The notes under the pieces: model-generated
What the model saw: only the letters and a program-made list of their open reading frames with translations
Databases searched by the model: none
What the model was told of the DNA's origin: nothing
In this document: one piece after another, positions 19,224 through 27,114 of the stretch
Layout: every line of letters starts with the position of its first letter
How positions within the stretch are numbered: position 1 is the stretch's first letter
Source of the DNA: an uncultured Eubacteriales bacterium
GTDB taxonomy: Bacteria; Bacillota; Clostridia; TANB77; CAG-508
Assembly (NCBI GenBank): GCA_902766085.1
Contig: CACXCH010000062.1
Span: 1-34,421, forward strand
DNA: 34,421 bases
Direction of reading: 5' to 3'
Made by a program: the position numbers and the translations under genes

Positions 19224-19688
19224 ATGTCTATAAATAAAAAATCACTAATATCAACAGTTGTTTTGCTAATTATAATTGTAGTTGCAATAACCTTTATTAT
19301 TGTAATCTTAAGAACGGGAGATTCAATTGACATAAATCAAGGAGTTGACCTTTCGGGTGGAGTTACTTATGAAAAGCAAGTTGCTCTTACAGTAAACACT
19401 AATTTGAAGACCTATATGGATAAGGAAATGTCTTGTGACTCAGTAAAAACTTTGATTAATGTTGCAAAAACAAATAATAATGATGCTAAATCTAATAGCG
19501 ATTATAAAACTGTATATTTTTTATATAATGGGGTAATTACATCTCCAGATGAACTTTTAGAATTGCTTGATGAAAATTCAAAATATAGTGCAAGCCTTAG
19601 CAATAACAACAAAAGTGACAATGAAAAAGACCAGGCCTCATATTATACAAATGGCCAAATTAAACTAATAACGATTAACGAATTATAA
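19224..19688 (+). CDS. Hypothetical membrane-anchored/secreted small protein
   Basis: 154 aa with GGGAGG RBS, 12 nt after the nuclease stop (probably co-transcribed). N-terminal TM/signal anchor LISTVVLLIIIVVAITFIIVIL. Confidence 0.6.
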   Translation: MSINKKSLISTVVLLIIIVVAITFIIVILRTGDSIDINQGVDLSGGVTYEKQVALTVNTNLKTYMDKEMSCDSVKTLINVAKTNNNDAKSNSDYKTVYFLYNGVITSPDELLELLDENSKYSASLSNNNKSDNEKDQASYYTNGQIKLITINEL

Positions 19689-19804
19689 AATGAAAAAATT
19701 AATAATGATTAGCTAATTATAAAAGATGAAACAAATTAGTGATGCTTAACAAATTATAAACCGGAAAAGATTATAGTAATTAATTATAAACAGGAGAAAA
19801 CCAA
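19681..19804. repeat. Four degenerate tandem units (30-37 nt) each beginning aattataaa
   Basis: aattataaa at 19681, 19715, 19752 and 19782. Unit 1 overlaps the upstream stop codon and unit 4 supplies the AGGAG RBS of the GH15 gene. Units 1/2 and 3/4 are pairwise most similar. Confidence 0.55.
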
Positions 19805-21799
19805 ATGAAAAAGAAATATTATAATGATGCATTTATAGGAAACAAAGACATTACAGCAAGCTTTAGTAAATACGGAGAATTGCTTAGATTATATTACCCA
19901 TTAAGAGATTACAGACAATATTCAGAGTATTTTTATGTAGGATTAAAAATAAATGATTCAAATATAATTTACCTACATAATGATATCAACAATCACTATA
20001 AACAATACTATACGGATAAAACAAATATTCTAAACACTGAAATCTTAAATGACTATTTTAATATAAGAATTAAACAAACAGATGCTGTAATGATTAATAA
20101 GGATGTTATGCTAAAAAAATATGAATTTAAGAATGAAAATACAATTGATTTAAATGTTAACTTGCTAATTCATTCTAAAGCTGTTTCATCATTTAATAAT
20201 ATGGTAGGGTCGTTAATATTAAATGATTCTCTTGTTCAGTATAGCCATAATTTTACGTCAGCAATATTTTCAAAAGAACCACTCTATAGTCATCAATTAA
20301 ACAATACTGACAGTAATATAAATTCAGGGATGATTTATGACAAAGATTATATAGGAATGAGTTCTGATTCAGCAATTAGCTATAATCTAGGAACTATTAA
20401 ACCTAACGAAACAAGAGGATTTTCACTATTTATATATATGCAATATGATGTTGACAGAGATATTCCAACAGTTGAAGAGAAAATTGAGGAACTAAGAAAA
20501 TTAAGTATTGATAAGGAATTAATAAAAATAAAAAATAGCTGGGAAAGATTTTTTGACGAACATGATACACTAAAACTTAAAAGCGATGGTTCTAATTTTC
20601 AAAATGAAATATTAAAAATATATAAGAGAACCATCCTATATTTGCCACTATTAATGAACACAAAAACAGGTGGAATAACTGCTTCACTTGAAGTTGACGA
20701 AGAAAGAGATAAGAGTGGTAGATATTCATATTGTTGGCCTAGAGATGCAGCATTAATTTACAATAGTATGAATAGACTTAATTTCGATGATAACTGTAAG
20801 AAATTTTATGAAGTATTTTTAAAGAGAACACAAGCTAGTAATGGAATGTGGGAACAAAGATTTTACACAGATGGTAGGCTTGCACCTTGCTGGGGATATC
20901 AGGTTGATGAAACTGCTACTGCAGTTTGGGAAGCTTATCAATTTTACAAAACAGAAGGAAAAATAAAAGGCAAAAAGCAAACAAAATTCTTAAGAGATAA
21001 TCTAAAGATGCTAGAAAGAGCTATAGATTTTCTAGAGAAATATACTGATTTTGTATTGGGAAAAGAAGAAAAAGAAGATAGAGTAAAAGCAGATTTAGAG
21101 AAAAGTTATAATACGAAAAACAAAGATGAAATTTATAAACATTCAAGCTATGATCTATGGGAAATGAACGAAGGAGTACATTTATATTCCCTTTCGGCAA
21201 TCTATGGAGCTTTTAATGCAATGATAAAAATATATGACGAAATTAGTGACAGTTTTACAAATAATAGGCTAAAGGTTGATGCTATAATACAAAGCAAGAA
21301 AAAAATGAAAGAAGAGATGGATGACATAAAATCATATATTTTAAAGAACTTGTATGATGATAAGAAAAAAGTCTTAGTCAGGAATGAAAGCGATAGATTA
21401 ACAGATATCAGCATAATGGGAGCAATTATTCCATTTGAAGTATTTTCTCCAGATGAAAAAATAGTAAAAAATACTGTGGATCAAATAAATATGACTTTAC
21501 GAACATACTTAGGTGGATATTTAAGATTTCAAAATGATACATATATTGGAGGAAATAACCCTTGGATAATTTCAACTTGTTGGATGGGGCTTTATTATGC
21601 AAAAATAGGAAACATAAGGGAAGCTACAAAGTGTTTAAAATTTGTAGTAAATAGTGCTACTGAATTAGGACTACTTGCTGAACAGGCAAATTCTGATCTA
21701 AATGAAAAATGGGTAATTGGACTTGGATGGTCTCATGCAATGTTTATTGAATTATTGAACACATTGTACAAGAAAAATAAAAATTTAAAAGATTTATAA
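19805..21799 (+). CDS. Glycoside hydrolase family 15 protein (glucoamylase/glucodextranase-like)
   Basis: 664 aa. N-terminal beta-sandwich-sized region followed by (alpha/alpha)6-type catalytic-domain motifs YCWPRDAALIYNSM and SYDLWEMNEGVHLYS (the GH15 W-x-RD and DLWEE-type signatures). Confidence 0.82.
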   Translation: MKKKYYNDAFIGNKDITASFSKYGELLRLYYPLRDYRQYSEYFYVGLKINDSNIIYLHNDINNHYKQYYTDKTNILNTEILNDYFNIRIKQTDAVMINKDVMLKKYEFKNENTIDLNVNLLIHSKAVSSFNNMVGSLILNDSLVQYSHNFTSAIFSKEPLYSHQLNNTDSNINSGMIYDKDYIGMSSDSAISYNLGTIKPNETRGFSLFIYMQYDVDRDIPTVEEKIEELRKLSIDKELIKIKNSWERFFDEHDTLKLKSDGSNFQNEILKIYKRTILYLPLLMNTKTGGITASLEVDEERDKSGRYSYCWPRDAALIYNSMNRLNFDDNCKKFYEVFLKRTQASNGMWEQRFYTDGRLAPCWGYQVDETATAVWEAYQFYKTEGKIKGKKQTKFLRDNLKMLERAIDFLEKYTDFVLGKEEKEDRVKADLEKSYNTKNKDEIYKHSSYDLWEMNEGVHLYSLSAIYGAFNAMIKIYDEISDSFTNNRLKVDAIIQSKKKMKEEMDDIKSYILKNLYDDKKKVLVRNESDRLTDISIMGAIIPFEVFSPDEKIVKNTVDQINMTLRTYLGGYLRFQNDTYIGGNNPWIISTCWMGLYYAKIGNIREATKCLKFVVNSATELGLLAEQANSDLNEKWVIGLGWSHAMFIELLNTLYKKNKNLKDL

Positions 21800-21802
21800 A
21801 AC

Positions 21803-21893
21803 AATTGCATAAGAAAAATAAAGAATTGTAAATTACATAAGAATAAATTAAAATACTTATACGATGTTGCATAAAAAATAAAAGAATTTTACA
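21803..21893. repeat. Direct ~28-nt repeats with degenerate intervening copies upstream of radA
   Basis: aattgcataagaaaaataaagaattgta (21803-21830) versus gttgcataaaaaataaaagaattttaca (21866-21893). A related unit aattacataagaataaattaaaa starts at 21831. Confidence 0.4.
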
Positions 21894-21938
21894 ATGCTAA
21901 ATGTAAAAAAATTAAAAAACTAATAAAAGGAATAAAAT

Positions 21939-23306
21939 ATGGCAAAGGCAAAATCAATTTTTGTATGTAGCGAATGTGGATATGAATCTGCCAAATGGCT
22001 TGGAAAATGTCCATCATGCAATTCGTGGAATACTTTTTATGAAGAAAAAATTCAAGAAACCACATCTAGTGGAAAAAAGGTAAATTTGAAAGATAGAGAA
22101 AAGCCAAAGAATTTGAATTCAATAGAGGGAAAAGAGGCAATTTATACCAAAACTGGATATGGTGAATTAGATAGAGTTTTAGGGGGAGGGCTTGTAAAAG
22201 GCTCTCTTGTGCTAATTGGTGGAGAACCAGGAATTGGAAAATCTACTTTAATTTTACAACTTGCAAATAAAATTGCAGAAAAAGAAGGTACTGTTTTATA
22301 TGTCTCAGGAGAAGAGTCAGGGGAACAAGTAAAGTTAAGAGCCGATAGATTAAATATACAAAATGATAATATTATGTTTTTAGCTGAAACCGATATTGAT
22401 AATATTGAAGCTGAAATTATGGAAATGAAGCCAAAGCTTGTTGTAATTGATTCAATACAAACAATGTATTCAAATGAAATAACTTCAGCTCCGGGAACAG
22501 TAAGCCAAGTAAGAGAAATTACAGCAAGAGTAATGAGATGTTGCAAACAAAATCAAATAACAACAATATTAATTGGGCATGTTACAAAAGATGGAAACAT
22601 TGCTGGACCAAGAGTTCTTGAACACATGGTAGATACCGTACTTTACTTAGAAGGAGAAAGATATTTTTCATACAGAATTTTAAGAAGCGTTAAAAACAGA
22701 TTTGGCTCAACAAATGAAGTTGGAATGTTTGAAATGCAAAATGAGGGAATGACAGAAGTAACTAATCCATCATCAATACTTATTTCAGAAGACCAGGACC
22801 AAGTACCTGGAGCTGCAATTGTAAGCAGCCTAGAAGGAACAAGACCTCTTCTTGTTGAACTTCAAGCACTTACGACCCCAAGTGTATATGGCATACCAAA
22901 AAGAACAGGAAATGGAGTTGATTTTAATAAAATTGCATTACTAATAGCTGTATTGGAAAAAAGAGCTAGACTTTCAATAGGAAACCAAGATGTATATGTA
23001 AATGTTGTTAGTGGAATGAAAATAAACGAACCTGCAATTGACTTAGGAATAGCTCTTGTAATTGCATCAAGTTTTAAAAGTGTATATATTCCAAAAGATA
23101 CAGCCATCATTGGAGAAGTTGGACTTACTGGGGAGATTCGCTCTGTAAATATGATTGATAAGAGATTAAAAGAAGCGGAAAAACTAGGAATAAAAAAATG
23201 TATTATACCACAAAACAATAAAAAACTATTGAAAAATACATACAAATTAGATATAATTGGGGTGAAAAATATTAACGAAGCATTAAGAGCAATTGGAATA
23301 CAATAA
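21939..23306 (+). CDS. radA: DNA repair protein RadA/Sms
   Basis: 455 aa. Zinc finger CSECGYESAKWLGKCPSCNSWN, Walker A GGEPGIGKSTL, KNRFG motif, C-terminal Lon-like domain. Confidence 0.96.
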   Translation: MAKAKSIFVCSECGYESAKWLGKCPSCNSWNTFYEEKIQETTSSGKKVNLKDREKPKNLNSIEGKEAIYTKTGYGELDRVLGGGLVKGSLVLIGGEPGIGKSTLILQLANKIAEKEGTVLYVSGEESGEQVKLRADRLNIQNDNIMFLAETDIDNIEAEIMEMKPKLVVIDSIQTMYSNEITSAPGTVSQVREITARVMRCCKQNQITTILIGHVTKDGNIAGPRVLEHMVDTVLYLEGERYFSYRILRSVKNRFGSTNEVGMFEMQNEGMTEVTNPSSILISEDQDQVPGAAIVSSLEGTRPLLVELQALTTPSVYGIPKRTGNGVDFNKIALLIAVLEKRARLSIGNQDVYVNVVSGMKINEPAIDLGIALVIASSFKSVYIPKDTAIIGEVGLTGEIRSVNMIDKRLKEAEKLGIKKCIIPQNNKKLLKNTYKLDIIGVKNINEALRAIGIQ

Positions 23307-23332
23307 TTAGGCAAAAACGAAAGGAATTAAAA

Positions 23333-24238
23333 ATGAAAAAAAACAAAAAATCAAGTAATAATTCAAAAGAGAAAACAAGAAAAAGATTTTCTTTTAATAT
23401 AAAAACTTTATCAATAATAGCAACTTGTGTAATTATAATAATTATTTTAGGATTAATAGCTTATGTAACAAAAACAATTATTGACAAGAAAAATTTTGTA
23501 GTGCAAGATCCTGTTGCAACTATTGAAGTTGAAAATTATGGTACAATTAAAATTGAGCTAAAACCTGAATATGCACCAAATACAGTGGCAAACTTTATAA
23601 CTTTAGCCAATAATGGATTTTATGATGGATTAACCTTTCATAGGACAATTCCTGATTTTATGATTCAAGGTGGAGATCCAAATGGAGATGGAACAGGTAG
23701 TGCAAAACTTTCTGATCTTGAAAGTAAAGATGATGATAATTCAACTGATGAAAATAATGATTCTACTAGTGATGATTCAAGTAATTCAGATGAATATTCG
23801 ATTAAAGGAGAATTTTCACTAAATGGATTTACTCAAAACACGCTAAAGCATACAAGGGGTGTAATTTCTATGGCTAGATCAGATTATAGCTCTTATGGTT
23901 CAGCAACATTAACTGAAAAAGGATATGATTCAGCATCATGCCAATTCTTTATTACAACCGCTGATAGCTCAAGTAGCCTTGATGGCTTATATGCTGCATT
24001 TGGAGTTGTCACAGAAGGAATGGATGTTGTTGATGCAATTTCAAATGTTGAAGTTGAGACAAGGGATGAAAGTAGTTCATCAGATAGCAATTTAACTGCT
24101 AACAAACCAGTAAACCCACCAGTTATAACATCAATAAGAGTTGAAACTTATGGAGTTGATTATGGTAAACCAGAAACAGAGGAACCATTTGATATGTCAT
24201 CATATTTAATGCAACAATATTATGGAACTCAATACTAA
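23333..24238 (+). CDS. Membrane-anchored cyclophilin-type peptidyl-prolyl cis-trans isomerase with an acidic insertion
   Basis: 301 aa. N-terminal TM segment (LSIIATCVIIIIILGLIAYV). Cyclophilin core YAPNTVANFITLANNGFYDGLTFHRTIPDFMIQGGDPNGDGTG...QFFITT. A Ser/Asp/Asn-rich insertion follows the GDGTG loop. Confidence 0.88.
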   Translation: MKKNKKSSNNSKEKTRKRFSFNIKTLSIIATCVIIIIILGLIAYVTKTIIDKKNFVVQDPVATIEVENYGTIKIELKPEYAPNTVANFITLANNGFYDGLTFHRTIPDFMIQGGDPNGDGTGSAKLSDLESKDDDNSTDENNDSTSDDSSNSDEYSIKGEFSLNGFTQNTLKHTRGVISMARSDYSSYGSATLTEKGYDSASCQFFITTADSSSSLDGLYAAFGVVTEGMDVVDAISNVEVETRDESSSSDSNLTANKPVNPPVITSIRVETYGVDYGKPETEEPFDMSSYLMQQYYGTQY

Positions 24239-24254
24239 AAAGATATTCTCTTAA

Positions 24255-24415
24255 GTATTACTGACAGAACAAAGCAAAATATTAAAGCTCAAATTAGAAG
24301 GAAAAATTTAGTATTGACAGAGTAAGACAAAATGCTAAAACCTAAATTGGAAGGAAAAAATATTTATTGTTAGCAGAGCAAAGCAAAACGCTAAATTTGA
24401 ATTAGAGGAAAAAAT
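24255..24415. repeat. Three imperfect tandem copies (~50-56 nt) of the rpiA leader/RBS segment
   Basis: Units 24255-24309, 24310-24365 and 24366-24415 align at roughly three quarters identity by eye (gacaga..aa.caaaa..ctaaa...aaatt.gaaggaaaaa). Each ends in an SD-like purine run, but only the third is followed by the rpiA ATG. Confidence 0.6.
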
Positions 24416-25048
24416 ATGATTGAAAACGAAGAAGAAAAAAGAAAACTAGCATACAAGATAGCAAAGATTGTAAATAACAATGATGTTATTGGATTCGGCT
24501 CAGGAACAACATCATATTTGAGCGCAATTGAAATTGGAAAAAGAGTATTAAATGAAAACCTAAAGATTAAAGCAGTGCCAACATCAAATGAAATAGAAAA
24601 AGTATGCAAACAATATAATATTGAAATAGCAAGCTTGAATGAATGCAATATTGACTGGTCATTTGATGGTGCTGATGAGGTAGACAAAAATAATAATTTA
24701 TTAAAAGGAATGGGGAGAGCAATGTTTAGAGAAAAACTAAACATTCTTTCATCACCTATAACATACATACTTATTGACAAATCAAAATTTGTAACAAAAA
24801 TAGGAGAAAAACACCCAATACCTATTGAAATCTATAATGATTCCGAAAAATTTGTTTCAGGAGAATTAAAAAAAATTGGAGCAAATAAAATAGAAGAAGC
24901 TGGAATGAGTGATAACAATAATAGAATTTTACACGTACACTTTGAAAATGTAAATGAAAGCCTAGAAAAAGACATAAAATTAATACCTGGAGTAATAGAA
25001 TCTGGGTTATTCTATGGGTATAATGTTAAAATTGTAACAAATGATTGA
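24416..25048 (+). CDS. rpiA: Ribose-5-phosphate isomerase A
   Basis: 210 aa. GFGSGTTS, KAVPTS, DGADEVD, LLKGMGRAMFREK motifs in the RpiA order. Confidence 0.88.
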   Translation: MIENEEEKRKLAYKIAKIVNNNDVIGFGSGTTSYLSAIEIGKRVLNENLKIKAVPTSNEIEKVCKQYNIEIASLNECNIDWSFDGADEVDKNNNLLKGMGRAMFREKLNILSSPITYILIDKSKFVTKIGEKHPIPIEIYNDSEKFVSGELKKIGANKIEEAGMSDNNNRILHVHFENVNESLEKDIKLIPGVIESGLFYGYNVKIVTND

Positions 25049-25212
25049 AAAATTAATAAACGTGACAATAGTTTTAGCTAAAAAAATTTAATTAAGGCAA
25101 AAAAATTATTAATGCAAATCATGAACTTTGTTTGGACAGATCAAAGAAGTATTAAGAAAAATAAAAAATTAATTATGATGAAACCAAAATAAAACTAAAA
25201 TGGAGGTAAGAT

Positions 25213-25674
25213 ATGCAACAAATTGAATGTAAAAATGAATATGAAACAAAAGAGTTTGCAAGAAAACTTGCTTCTGTTTTAAAAAAAGGTGATATCATTG
25301 TTTTAACTGGAGAACTCGGCTCAGGAAAAACTAAATTTACGGAAGGGGTTCTAAGTTATTTTGACTTGCAAAACGATATTTCAAGCCCAACATTTACAAT
25401 AGTAAATGAATATCACTCTGACAAGGTAGACATCTATCATTTTGATTTATATAGACTAACAGATATTTATGAGTTTGAAAACATTGGAGGAGAAGAGTAC
25501 TTTGAAAAAGGAATCTGTATTCTAGAATGGGGAGAACTTATTGAAGATATTTTACCAGAGAACTATTTAAAAATCACATTTAATAGGGATGATAATGATG
25601 AAAATACTAGAATATTATCAATTGAAACTTTTGGAAACAGATTTGATAATATTGATTTTACTAAAATGGTCTAA
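25213..25674 (+). CDS. tsaE: tRNA t6A37 biosynthesis ATPase TsaE
   Basis: 153 aa with GGAGG RBS. Walker A GELGSGKTKFTEG, SPTFTIVNEY, YHFDLYRL. Confidence 0.92.
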   Translation: MQQIECKNEYETKEFARKLASVLKKGDIIVLTGELGSGKTKFTEGVLSYFDLQNDISSPTFTIVNEYHSDKVDIYHFDLYRLTDIYEFENIGGEEYFEKGICILEWGELIEDILPENYLKITFNRDDNDENTRILSIETFGNRFDNIDFTKMV

Positions 25675-25790
25675 TTAATAAAAGTACATAAATATTAATA
25701 TAAAATGCTAATTTGATTTTTAAAAATGCGTAATTTATTAACGTATTTAGACAAAGCTTTATTGTCTATAATACGGGAAAGGAGCAAGAT

Positions 25791-26939
25791 ATGAAAGTAC
25801 TTGCTATGGATACATCTTCAAAAATTTGCTCGGTTGCAATTCTTGAGGATGGAAAAGTTATCAAAGAACTGCACAATGAAAGTAAGATGGAACATTCGCA
25901 AACCCTAATGCCAATGATAAAAAATATTTTGGAAGAACAAAATATGACACTTTCAGACATGAGTTTATTTTCCTGCTCCATAGGGCCAGGCTCATTTACA
26001 GGAACAAGAATTGGAATTGCTACAGTTAAAGCATTTGCAGACGCAACAAAAATACCGGTTGTAGGAGTAAGCTCTTTGGAGGCACAAGCATATTCAGTAT
26101 TGTTAAAAAACAATAAGGGTGATTGCAAAATTTTGTCAATGATTGATGCAAGAAATGATAACGTGTACTTTGCGGTTTATAGAATGAAAAATGGCAAGTT
26201 ATCATTATACAAAAACCCAGATGTAATGAGCATATTTGATACAATTAATTTTGTTACATTTAAGGACAAATTATATGTAATAGGCAACGTAAATTTCAGC
26301 CTTATTGACAATTTATTGCAAGCAAAAATGCAAGAACAAAAAGCCAAAGGAGTAGATGTTAAACAATATGAATTTACAAGGCCACCAGAATCTCTTGCAA
26401 TAGAAATAGGAAAAGCTGCTACAGATAAATTTAATAAGAAGATATTTGGAGATTCGATGAGTATACATCCAATGTATCTAAGAAAATCTCAAGCAGAAAG
26501 GCAGAGGCTTAAACTTGACGACTCGAAAATATATATTTTAAAACCTACAGAACACGATATACAGAATATATTAGAGAATTATGATAGCTTTCAAAATATA
26601 TGGAATAAAGACCAGTTTTACGAAGATAGCAAAAACTCAGAATATTATGTTGCAAAACAAAACAATGAAGTTCTTGGATTTATTAGCATAAAGACTGTAC
26701 TTGACGAAATTGAAATAATGAATATTGTAACTAAAAAAGATAAGAGAAATCAAGGAATAGCATCTGACTTACTAAGCTATATAATTATAAATTTAAAATC
26801 AAATAAAATAAATTTAGAGGTAAATGCAAATAATAATATAGCAATAAAATTATACAAAAACTTTGGATTCGAAGAAAATGGAATTAGACATAATTATTAT
26901 AACAATAATACAGAAGATGCAATATTAATGTCAAGATAA
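25791..26939 (+). CDS. tsaB: Fusion protein: TsaB (t6A complex dimerisation subunit) plus RimI-type GNAT N-acetyltransferase
   Basis: 382 aa in a single frame. N-terminal MKVLAMDTSSKICSVAI...GPGSFTGTRIGIATVKAFA (TsaB). C-terminal ~140 aa with acetyl-CoA motif KDKRNQGIASDLL and LEVNANNNIAIKLYKNFGFEENGIRHNYY (RimI-like GNAT). Follows tsaE. Confidence 0.87.
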   Translation: MKVLAMDTSSKICSVAILEDGKVIKELHNESKMEHSQTLMPMIKNILEEQNMTLSDMSLFSCSIGPGSFTGTRIGIATVKAFADATKIPVVGVSSLEAQAYSVLLKNNKGDCKILSMIDARNDNVYFAVYRMKNGKLSLYKNPDVMSIFDTINFVTFKDKLYVIGNVNFSLIDNLLQAKMQEQKAKGVDVKQYEFTRPPESLAIEIGKAATDKFNKKIFGDSMSIHPMYLRKSQAERQRLKLDDSKIYILKPTEHDIQNILENYDSFQNIWNKDQFYEDSKNSEYYVAKQNNEVLGFISIKTVLDEIEIMNIVTKKDKRNQGIASDLLSYIIINLKSNKINLEVNANNNIAIKLYKNFGFEENGIRHNYYNNNTEDAILMSR

Positions 26940-27114
26940 AATCAAAATGATGAACTAATCATAAGGTAAAAGATAAACAAACCTTTTTGAAAAAAACTAA
27001 GATTTATTTTATTCTCAAGAACAGTAAAAAAACAATTTCATATATAAAAAAGATGAGAAAAACTAATAAATTCAACTATTGTACTCTAGTTAAGAGAAAG
27101 GAATATTAATAATA

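Noticed and set aside
19681-19804. The ~30-37-nt periodic intergenic repeats (also at 6582-6681, 21803-21893, 24255-24415) as CRISPR arrays.
   Set aside because: The units are contiguous and degenerate with no conserved repeat/unique spacer alternation. There are only 3-4 units, no cas genes, and the last unit is the RBS of the next gene.
22142-23314. Antisense ORFs 22142-22546 and 22862-23314 opposite radA.
   Set aside because: Shadow frames of a strongly supported radA CDS.
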